The position numbers were made by a program, and so were the translations under genes. Below the pieces are notes generated by a model. That model was not told the origin of the DNA. It was given only the letters and a program-made list of their open reading frames with translations, and did not search any database. 32,000 nt of DNA from Candidatus Syntropharchaeum caldarium (GTDB lineage: Archaea > Halobacteriota > Syntropharchaeia > Syntropharchaeales > Syntropharchaeaceae). The stretch lies in assembly GCA_001766815.1 (NCBI GenBank), contig LYOS01000002.1, forward strand, positions 60,001 through 92,000, in the 5' to 3' direction. Of the stretch, positions 17,397 to 26,300 are shown piece by piece; the stretch's first letter is position 1, and the number at the start of each line of letters is the position of its first letter.

Positions 17397-18965
17397 TCAG
17401 ATAATGCCACTTTTCAGTGCGTATTCGATGCCTGTGTCAGTATCTCCGGTGAAGATCGCCTTGCCCTTATCCATTACCGTAACCCTGTCACACACGAGCC
17501 GTACAAACTCAAGGTCATGGCTCACGATAAGAAACGTGGTCTTATGTTCGTTGCGACGGTTAATAATAGAGTTGGTTATCTGGTACATTGTCATCTCATC
17601 CAGTGTGCCTGTTGGTTCATCCAGTATCATTATCTTGGGGTCCTTGAGGATAATCGATGCAAATATTATCCGATGCTTCTCTCCCTCGCTAAGCTCATCG
17701 GGATATCGTTTCAAAATTCCCTCAATTCGTTCTTCACTAAACCCAACAAGCTCAAGGACGTCATAAATTTTCTCCTCTAAGATCTCTTCCGGCACTCCTG
17801 GTACAAATCCCTGCATATTTCTGTAAACTGTCTGGTATGCGGATAGCCCATATTCCTGGTGAAGTATGGCGATCTTTTCTTTGACACGCCCCCTTTGTAT
17901 GCCACGTTCACGCATATCCACACGTTCACCATCCAGTCGAACTGTGCAGACACCTTCAAATTCGGAACTGTCACCATTGATAATTGTAACAAGTGTTGTC
18001 TTACCTGCACCGCTATGTCCCAGAATCCCGTGTATCTCGCCTTCATAAATATCGAGCGATACGCCATCCAGTGCTTTTATAACACCCTCATCCACCGTGA
18101 AGTATTCCCTGCGAAGATCTCTGCACTGAATTATTGGTTCACCTTCAAAGTTAACAACCTGTTTCTTCGACAGACGTCGTTCAGCGATGAAACGTTCCAT
18201 TACCTTGCTTGTCTCTCCCTCAAAGACTGCCTTTCCTTCTATAAGCAATATCGATCGCGGGGCCACCTCAGGTATATACGATGTCAGATGTGACGCGATG
18301 AACGTTGTTCGCTCTTTCGAGATCTCTTTTATCACATCATACATCTCTTCTGATGATTTGGGGTCAAGCGTTCCCGTAGGCTCATCAAGCAGAAGCACCA
18401 TCGGATCTTTTGCGATCTGTCTTGCCATCACGACTCTTTGCTTCTCACCGCCGCTCAGGTCCCGTGCAATATGTTTGATCCTGTGTTCAAGTGAGACGAT
18501 CTTCACGATCTCATGTGCCCGTTCCATACGTGCATCGATCGGATAATCAGAGCTATGCAGAGCTGCAAGCACATTCTCGATAACAGACCGCATCGAATAA
18601 ATCCCGGTGGCTTCCTGAAACATGATCGCAACCCGCCGTTTTATCACATCGCGCATACCTTTATCAATCTCCCAGAAGTCAACCCGCTGGAGTTCCATCG
18701 CCGAACCACAGCGCGGGCATTCTGTGCGTGATGGAGTATCAACCCGCTCGCAATTCTCACAAAAGCGAATGTTGTAGTATATATGCCCGGCTGTTGGTCT
18801 ATATTCCTCCATGCCGCGCAATGTGTACATTAGTGCGCTTTTTCCAGCTCCACTTGCTCCAATAACACCGATTATATCGTTTTCTTCCACGCTCAGGTTT
18901 ATATTATCGAGTATCTTGTTGCCTCCCTTTTCGATGGAAAGATTTTCTATCTCTATAATCTTCAT
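17397..18965 (-). CDS. atwA: Methyl-coenzyme M reductase system component A2-type ATPase (tandem ABC NBDs)
   Basis: Two NBDs: GASGAGKSA/LSGGEKQR/LLLDEPTGTLD and GHSGAGKTT/LSEGEKHR/MILDEPTGTLD. A CxxC-x10-CxxC zinc ribbon (CENCERVDTPSRTECPRCG, nt 18708-18761) is inserted after the first Walker A, as in A2 proteins. I place the start at ATG 18965 (GGAGTGGG upstream) rather than the tracked TTG 18983. Confidence 0.85.
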   Translation of the reverse strand: MKIIEIENLSIEKGGNKILDNINLSVEENDIIGVIGASGAGKSALMYTLRGMEEYRPTAGHIYYNIRFCENCERVDTPSRTECPRCGSAMELQRVDFWEIDKGMRDVIKRRVAIMFQEATGIYSMRSVIENVLAALHSSDYPIDARMERAHEIVKIVSLEHRIKHIARDLSGGEKQRVVMARQIAKDPMVLLLDEPTGTLDPKSSEEMYDVIKEISKERTTFIASHLTSYIPEVAPRSILLIEGKAVFEGETSKVMERFIAERRLSKKQVVNFEGEPIIQCRDLRREYFTVDEGVIKALDGVSLDIYEGEIHGILGHSGAGKTTLVTIINGDSSEFEGVCTVRLDGERVDMRERGIQRGRVKEKIAILHQEYGLSAYQTVYRNMQGFVPGVPEEILEEKIYDVLELVGFSEERIEGILKRYPDELSEGEKHRIIFASIILKDPKIMILDEPTGTLDEMTMYQITNSIINRRNEHKTTFLIVSHDLEFVRLVCDRVTVMDKGKAIFTGDTDTGIEYALKSGII

Positions 18966-19000
18966 AGACCCACTCCGTTGCAAACTTAAATCAAGGCTTA

Positions 19001-19780
19001 TTAATTCTTTTCTGTTTTTGCAGACAATGGCATGAGCGTAGAGGTTCTGTAATATAGATCATTTATACGCGCATATTTTGCACCCCAGAACTCAACCACC
19101 TCTTCAACCGTGCCTGCTGTACCTGTGGCAGTATAGGTAACCTCCATCCCCTCCTCAATCTCTGGTGCTGTTTCGATGGCTTTCTCTTCGCCAGACTCGA
19201 CAAAGACGATTCGTTTTATTTCCTCAGTACTTCGCAGTGGAGTGATATGCCCCCTGATGACACCTGTGATAATACCAACAACCCTACCTTTTGTGAGTCT
19301 CTTCTCTGGTAGGGGGCGAACATACTTGGTATCAACCCCCTCACGTGCCAGATCCTCGTAATCGATTGGACACTGGCATATCACGATCGATGGCTTATCG
19401 AAGAGTTTGAGAAAGTAGATTTGCTTATAAATTATATGTCGTGCGACATTGCCGTGGTGAAATATGAGTAGTTTTGAACGTTCGATCCGTTCGCGCTCAT
19501 CCTCTTCCAGTTTGAATTCAACCTTCACAAAATGCTGTTCCGCCTTGATACCTTTTCCCTTACGAAGGACAAGCACCGATGCTTTGATCCCATACGCACG
19601 CAACCGCTGTGTTATATCACAGACTGGATATGGGATGTGTCGATCCGAAAAGTCCATCGCGATTATCAGTGCATCCTCGCCATACTCATCCGAGTGCGTG
19701 CCTCCACGCGCTATACCGTAACCAAGCCCCCCTCCAAACTTTGCCCTACAGTTGACATAGTGGGCCTTTCTGCCTATCAT
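19001..19780 (-). CDS. McrC/Mmp7-family protein (Mmp7-like, with about 60-aa C-terminal extension)
   Basis: 259-aa ORF colinear with McrC: MIGRKAHYVNCR..GGGLGYGIARGGT, HIPYPVCDIT, SVLVL, HHGNVARHIIYK, PSIVICQCPIDYEDLAR, VVGIITGVIRG. The extra C-terminal beta-rich tail fits the Mmp7 branch. Confidence 0.75.
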   Translation of the reverse strand: MIGRKAHYVNCRAKFGGGLGYGIARGGTHSDEYGEDALIIAMDFSDRHIPYPVCDITQRLRAYGIKASVLVLRKGKGIKAEQHFVKVEFKLEEDERERIERSKLLIFHHGNVARHIIYKQIYFLKLFDKPSIVICQCPIDYEDLAREGVDTKYVRPLPEKRLTKGRVVGIITGVIRGHITPLRSTEEIKRIVFVESGEEKAIETAPEIEEGMEVTYTATGTAGTVEEVVEFWGAKYARINDLYYRTSTLMPLSAKTEKN

Positions 19781-19794
19781 AAATCACACCTTTC

Positions 19795-20655
19795 TTATAC
19801 AGATGGAACACTCAGCGGAAGTTCAATGATTATATCGTCCTGTGTGCCCCTCTTTATGCTGCCAAACTCACCGAGTTTACCAAAGTAAAATTCCATCTCT
19901 CCGAGTTTCTCTGCATATTCATCATAGGATGCGTTCACTCTGAGACCGCTCATTTTGAGTACCACGTTCACACCAAACTTTGATTCAATCTCGGTTTTTA
20001 TATAGGGATAGGTTGCAGGAACATCAGGTCGAAGGCTTCCGATGATCGAGATTACACTCTCCATAAATGCACCTATTATCCGTTTATCATCAGGATCATC
20101 GAACATCGTTGGTATCCTTGTAATAGACGGGATGAAAATCAGCTCATCATCAGACTCAAGATCTGCATAGCCTGTCACGATCACAGGTACATTAAGCCTT
20201 CTGCAGAGTTCCATCTTCTCACGGATACAGTGCTCAAAACATCCAAACATGAAGATCGCCAGATCGTGCTCCTCGATCATCATCCGCTCTTCCCTCATCA
20301 GAATCGCCTTTCTGCCAACGCCTCTTGCAGGTGCGATTGTGTTCACCTTTGCGCCAGCCTGCCGCAGTGTCTCAACCGTGCTGCAGTGTGGAAAGGGTGT
20401 GTGATGAAGATTAAATGAGGGGATGATCACCGCAACTTCGATACCATAGAGCGGTACAGTGATAACCCTTCCTGAATGCTTACGGAGAGCTGCCCGTTTA
20501 CGCAGAATGTTCACCGATTCATGATCTATCATCACATCAAATTCTGCAACACCACCCATCTGGTCTATGTTCAGGACAAAACCGCCAAGATCCTCTATGA
20601 ACTCAATTATTTCGTCTGATTCAAACGCATTTCCGATATATTTTAGCGGCATCAT
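19795..20655 (-). CDS. Cys-containing protein of unknown function in the A2/Mmp7 operon
   Basis: 286-aa ORF, 14 nt from the Mmp7-like gene. It has conserved-looking Cys/His patches (HHTPFPHCST, FMFGCFEHC). I cannot assign it to a marker family. Confidence 0.45.
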   Translation of the reverse strand: MMPLKYIGNAFESDEIIEFIEDLGGFVLNIDQMGGVAEFDVMIDHESVNILRKRAALRKHSGRVITVPLYGIEVAVIIPSFNLHHTPFPHCSTVETLRQAGAKVNTIAPARGVGRKAILMREERMMIEEHDLAIFMFGCFEHCIREKMELCRRLNVPVIVTGYADLESDDELIFIPSITRIPTMFDDPDDKRIIGAFMESVISIIGSLRPDVPATYPYIKTEIESKFGVNVVLKMSGLRVNASYDEYAEKLGEMEFYFGKLGEFGSIKRGTQDDIIIELPLSVPSV

Positions 20656-20673
20656 TTTTATTCCACGCCGTAT

Positions 20674-22455
20674 TCAGCTCAGATGGAAATACCTGTATGC
20701 ATCTCCCGTATCCTCAATCTCACCGCCTTTTGAGACAAAGTCGGCGTACTTTCGATTGACAAATTCATTACAGATAGTCTCAGGATCGCCTGTCATCAGA
20801 ATTTCGCCACGGTGTATCAGCAGTGCCCGGTGTGCAAGCTCCTTCACCGCATCCAGTTGATGGCTCACGAGGATTATTGTGAGGTTGTGCTCCTTGTTGA
20901 GGGTTTTTATTGCATTTATACATTTACGCAGCGAGATAGGATCGAGATCTCCGAAAGGCTCATCGAGCAAGAGGACCTCTGGCTTCTCCGTCATGTGAAG
21001 AGCAAGCGCAACCCGTATCTGCTCACCTGCACTGAGTTCATATGTATAGTGATCCATGAGAGAAAGAGGAAGATCGAGCGCTTCAAATATGGGTTTCATC
21101 CGCTTTTTAGCTTCGTCTGCAGGTATCGTTGGGAATAACTTCCTCAGAATCCCTGGATCAAGTTTCAGCTCCCTGAGCATGTCTTTCATCTCATCTTCTG
21201 GCAGATCTGCAAGTCTATAAAGTACATCCAGCTTCACGTCACTTAGTCCCATTTCTCTCGCCCGTTCGACCACCTCAGGCAGGAATCGCACGTCCTTTAG
21301 CCCAAGTTTCTGCTCAAAGAGGTGCAGCACGATTTCATAGTGCGTGAGCGCAAACTCCTGATGTAACGTTGAGATGTTAAGACGCGCCTTTACAGCATCA
21401 TAACCATAGGTACAGATATTTGTCCAGCGCTCTTCACCACCATCGTTGATCCTGTAGGTAACCTCACCAAACTGAGGAGGTTCAAGTCCTGCAAGCAACC
21501 TGATCAGTACTGTCTTTCCAGCAGCACATGGTCCAACGAGTGCAAGTATCTCGCCTTCGTAGATATCGAAGTTGAGATTTTTCATCTGGATCGTCTCGAT
21601 AAACTTTGCACCTGATGTGGTTATCTGGTAACGCTTCCAGAGGTTGGTGAGGCGCATCTTCGGCACTTCTCGTGGTATCGATGGCTCAACGGGTTGATCG
21701 ATCTTTGCAACAAACTTTTTAATGATCTCATCTGGTTTCCCCTCATCAACCACCTTTCCTTCCTCAATCCAGAGCACCCTATCAGCGAGAGTTTCGTGTA
21801 TTTCTGGCATATGAGAGACAAATACAACAGTAACACCAGCATTCTCATTTATTTTTTTTATCGCATCAAGCATCATCCCTCGACCAACAGGATCTATCAT
21901 GGTGGCTGGTTCATCTACAAGAAGAACACGTGGATTTGCTGCGAGCTGTCTCGCAAGCAGAACACACTGCTTCTCACCGCCGCTGAGGATATTGTAGTAG
22001 TAATACTTCTTATCCAACATGCCAACAATATCAAGAATCTCGGAGGCCCGTTTGAAGAGTCGTTTATAGTCGTTTGAACCTGTTGTAGGTATCTCTTCAA
22101 AACCTGTCTCAAGCTTTCCCAGTTTTCGCATCACATTATTTATCACACTCTCAGGCCATAGTGCAAACGAACGTTGCAGATGCAGTGCGGTTATCTTCTG
22201 GAGTTCAAGCTGTTCATTGGAATTAGAGTCAGGTGTGAGTGTGATACCATCAACCCTTACAGATCCTTCTTTAAATGATTCCACGCCCCTTAAAATTCGC
22301 AAGAGTGTGGTTTTTCCTGCACTGCTCCTTCCTAATATACCCAGAACTTCACCCTCATCGACTGAGAACGAGACGTTCTCAAGAGCAGTGTGTTCTTTCT
22401 CAATCTTTGAGATCTGATAAGTCTTCGTTAAATTTTCTACTTCGATGATCTTCAT
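20674..22455 (-). CDS. Divergent tandem-NBD ABC ATPase (A2 paralogue-like), first gene of the operon
   Basis: 593-aa ORF with strong SD AAGGAGGT. NBD1 is GRSSAGKTT/LSGGEKQ/LLVDEPATMIDP. NBD2 is GPCAAGKTV/LSAGEQIR/LLLDEPFGDLD. About 165 aa separate Walker A and signature in NBD2 (a helical insert). No TM segments and no zinc ribbon. Confidence 0.75.
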   Translation of the reverse strand: MKIIEVENLTKTYQISKIEKEHTALENVSFSVDEGEVLGILGRSSAGKTTLLRILRGVESFKEGSVRVDGITLTPDSNSNEQLELQKITALHLQRSFALWPESVINNVMRKLGKLETGFEEIPTTGSNDYKRLFKRASEILDIVGMLDKKYYYYNILSGGEKQCVLLARQLAANPRVLLVDEPATMIDPVGRGMMLDAIKKINENAGVTVVFVSHMPEIHETLADRVLWIEEGKVVDEGKPDEIIKKFVAKIDQPVEPSIPREVPKMRLTNLWKRYQITTSGAKFIETIQMKNLNFDIYEGEILALVGPCAAGKTVLIRLLAGLEPPQFGEVTYRINDGGEERWTNICTYGYDAVKARLNISTLHQEFALTHYEIVLHLFEQKLGLKDVRFLPEVVERAREMGLSDVKLDVLYRLADLPEDEMKDMLRELKLDPGILRKLFPTIPADEAKKRMKPIFEALDLPLSLMDHYTYELSAGEQIRVALALHMTEKPEVLLLDEPFGDLDPISLRKCINAIKTLNKEHNLTIILVSHQLDAVKELAHRALLIHRGEILMTGDPETICNEFVNRKYADFVSKGGEIEDTGDAYRYFHLS

Positions 22456-22507
22456 GTTAAAACCTCCTTAGAATCCTCAGAATCATCATAATCTTAACCT
22501 GTTCATC

Positions 22508-22515
22508 ATATATAA
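22508..22515 (-). promoter_or_regulatory. Candidate TATA box for the minus-strand ABC/Mmp operon
   Basis: Minus-strand TTATATAT lies about 56 nt upstream of ATG 22455. The SD lies in the predicted short 5' UTR. Confidence 0.4.
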
Positions 22516-22584
22516 GAAGATCTATTTTTGGATTGAGGAGGGTTAATCATTTAATTTTTCTAAAGAGCTGTCATGTCCACAACC

Positions 22585-22592
22585 TTTATATC
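22585..22592 (+). promoter_or_regulatory. Candidate TATA box for the plus-strand cytochrome operon
   Basis: CCACAACC-TTTATATC lies 55-62 nt upstream of ATG 22647. Confidence 0.4.
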
Positions 22593-22646
22593 TCGCACAT
22601 GCGATAAGTTAATGTAAGGTAAAGAGTCAGAAATGATCAGCGAAAG

Positions 22647-23342
22647 ATGAAAAAACACACACCGCTTCTGCTCATGATCGCCGTACTTGCGATCGGTATA
22701 TTCGCACTCCCCCAGAGCGTTGCGCTTTTCTCAGGTCAGCATTCATGGTATAATCTCACTCCACAGGGTAACGATGTACCCTGTGAAAAATGTCATGGCG
22801 ACATCGCTTCAGAGATTGCATCAAGTGGTGCACACAAAAATATCGAGTGCGGCGGATGTCACAGAGCAGATGCAAGGGTTGGCTATGCCGGGGACTGGGA
22901 GGGGGATGTGGATCCAGGACAGGGTGCACACGCGGCATCGACTATTGAGTGTATGATCTGCCATGACAGGGGCACAAACTTCACACACTCCAATATCGGA
23001 AGTGATGAGTGTTCTGACTGTCACACCTCGCCTTTTGTGGCGCCTGGGGCAGGAGGCTTCAATCTGACTGATCCTTCTGTCTTGCCGTCTGATACCGGCA
23101 CAAAAGCCGCACACATGCAGTTTGTCCATGACGCGATCAACGAGACGCTCATGGAGGGTGCAAACGAAGCCTGTATAGCATGTCATACGCATGTGGGTGT
23201 CAACATCACATGGACGAAGAACGTGGTGCTCAACTTTGAAGCATCAGAGAATGAGACTGGAAGCTGGTCGATCCCTGAGTTTTCAGCAACAGGGGATAAT
23301 GTGACAGAATCAAACTATACAAACACCTGGGTAAATACTTAA
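22647..23342 (+). CDS. Pentahaem c-type cytochrome with N-terminal TM/signal anchor
   Basis: 231-aa ORF with five CxxCH motifs (CEKCH, CGGCH, CMICH, CSDCH, CIACH). N-terminus [30 protein letters not shown]. Paralogue of 14423-15157. Its stop is 13 nt before the giant cytochrome ATG. Confidence 0.85.
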   Translation: MKKHTPLLLMIAVLAIGIFALPQSVALFSGQHSWYNLTPQGNDVPCEKCHGDIASEIASSGAHKNIECGGCHRADARVGYAGDWEGDVDPGQGAHAASTIECMICHDRGTNFTHSNIGSDECSDCHTSPFVAPGAGGFNLTDPSVLPSDTGTKAAHMQFVHDAINETLMEGANEACIACHTHVGVNITWTKNVVLNFEASENETGSWSIPEFSATGDNVTESNYTNTWVNT

Positions 23343-23355
23343 AAGGGGGGTTAAA

Positions 23356-26300
23356 ATGAATGAAGGAATGAAAAAGGTCAAAATCTTTATTCTCGTATTG
23401 CTTATGATCGCATCACCGTTTTCGATGCTTACTGCAGGTGCTGCTATCGATGGCTCAAAGCATGACTTCACGTTTGAGAGTGAACTTACGCCAAATGGTG
23501 CGTGTTCCGCCTGCCATGAGTGGCGTACCATGACGTGGGCACGAAACCTGAGTGAAGAGGAGGCTTATTTTAACCAGACAGAAGATCCAAACTACGTCCA
23601 TGATCCTACCATAAAATGCTATGACTGTCACAGTGGCACTGCGGCAGACAATGATCCCAGTTACACGCTTTTTATCAATACAACACTTGGCAGATATATC
23701 CCGCAGGACGTTGCCTTTGATGCCAATATGAAGGGAAACGATCTATCCTATGACAGCTCACCCTCTGATGATGAGACCGGATACTACGAGTCATCGACAT
23801 CAGGCCACTACATAAAGACGAACGCAACAGGCCTGACGAATATTGAACCTGGTGATAAGCTCCCATGCACCGACTGTCATGAACCACACGAGACAGAACC
23901 CACAAATGAGGTCTTCATAAAAGGAAGCTCCGAATATCCACTTGGTGGAAAGGTTGTATCAAACTTAAAAGCAAGCACAAACACCCGATCTGGTACTGGC
24001 ACTGGACGTGAGATCTGTGCGGTATGTCATGGATACAGCGATTCAGGCATAGCTGTCAGGTTTGTTGATGTTAATCCCCTCTATGGCTCGACCGATAGGA
24101 TCGTTCAGACCCCGTCAACGGTATCCCAGCATGCAGAGAATGATTCAACACCATGCACAGACTGCCACTCACATAGCACCCCGGCATCGTATTTTGTCGG
24201 AATCAGCAGCCACAACACCCACTTAACCGCCGAGTTTGGACCCAAAATATCCTCGTGCACAGGTGCCGATGGCTGTCACAGTGAGGGAAACTTCAGCCGC
24301 TTCAACGACAACCTCACACTCTCAGCGACTCATGCCTGCGATAACTGCCACAGCCCGAATGGAACATACAATGGTGTCACCCTTGCCAAGGCAAGCTGGG
24401 AAGAAGGCGTCTACAACGGCACAGACTTAAAATCAAGCAAGGAGAAGTGGTGTGCAAGCTGTCATGATAAAGAACCTGCCAGCTCTATGGGGAATGGAAG
24501 CGGTATAAACGCCCCGAATATCGTCGGGATGAATCTAAGCGGTAGCTGGCAGAGCCCCGTCGCTATTATAACAAATCAGACGGAAAACGTCAGTGATGCA
24601 ACAAACCTGCTGGATGGTGACGTTGAGACCGGTGCGAGTGTGAGTGGGGCATCCCAGATCGTCTTTGATCTTGGAGAGAGTACAGAAGTCTCCCATATCA
24701 GGCTTTACACATCTGCCAGTTCCACGGTCAAGTGGGAGGTGTACGGGAGCAATGATCTTTCAAACTGGACGAGAATACTCTATGGTCAGGATGTGATCTT
24801 TTCCGCTCCTGCATGGCTTACAGGTGAAGATGAGGGATGGGATGAGAGCAGGGTTGACAGGATCATACCTGTGAGATACATCAAGCTCTACAAGAGGAGT
24901 CCGTGGCCCGTGGGGAGTGGTTCTCAGCGTGAGTTTGAGTATAAAGCAGATATACGGTATGGATACTATACCACCGGTCACAAGATTGCCTGCACCAACT
25001 GCCACAATAGAAGTAGCGCGCATATCGATGGAACCTCACAGACCTACAACACAACCCTTGATAACTATCAGACAGGTTTCAGGCTGAAATATCTTGAGGT
25101 TGAGAATGAAACCGTCCCCTCACTTGAGATACCAAGAGTCGACTGTAACTGGGGTGATTATCCAAAAACCTCAAACGACTTTGCACTCTGTTTCTCATGC
25201 CACAACAAGTATAACCTCCTCGGGGATGCGAGTGGTACAGGCGACTACCATAAGGATCCACCCCAGACAAACTTCAGGAACAACACCACAAACGCCCACC
25301 TCATCCATCTGCAGGGAAGGGGATACTGTGGAAACAATCCTGACTGGGACTCAGACTGGAACGGCACAGCAGACTCACCACAGAGTTGCACCGCGTGTCA
25401 CAATGTTCATGGCTCTCCTGCTCCTGCGATGACAAGACACGGAGAACTTGTGAGTATCAACGATACCCTTGAGAAGGCTCCCCTCCTGAACCTGAAGTAC
25501 ATAAACGCAGACGGAGAGCTTGATCATAATCTCTCAGATGCCACCCAGAGTATCGGCGGAAGGACACAGTTCTATGGTGCAGGACCCGGAAACGTTGCGA
25601 AGAATAAGGTGTGTAACATGTGCCACAATGATCAGATTACCTATTATCGCACACCAGTACCTCCCACCGTAACCTGTGGTAATGGATCAGGAACAGGAGG
25701 CTGCCACAGCCCCACCGCATACTCTTCCTCTGCAGCAGGCAGCCACAATACTCATCTAACCGCACCCAGGGGACCAAACATAACATCCTGCACAGGTGCT
25801 GATGGCTGCCACAAAGGCAACCACACCGGTCTCTTCAACGATGGTTTACCGCTATCAACAACCCACAGATGTGATAACTGCCACAGCCCGAACGGGACAT
25901 ACGATGGTGTGAATGACTCCACAATCGGAGCAAAACCCAACTGGGAAAATGGAGTGTACAACAATTCCACGACATTAAAGTCAGGCAAAGAGAAGTGGTG
26001 TGCAGGATGCCATGATGACGAACCGGCGTATAGTAAGGCAGAGTACAGCGAGGTCATCGTGGATAACACCGAAGCTTCTTTTGCTGGTTCATGGAGTACA
26101 TCCTCTCACTCAACCGATTATGGAAGCAACTACAGATACAATGGTGCAGGTTCAGGCACTGAAACAGCAACGTGGACACCTAACCTGCCAGAATCTGGTA
26201 ATTACTCGGTCTATGCATGGTGGCCCATATATGTTTCAGGAAGAGCAACGAATGCACCGTACACCGTGTACTACAGCAGCGGGTCTGAGACGGTAAGGGT

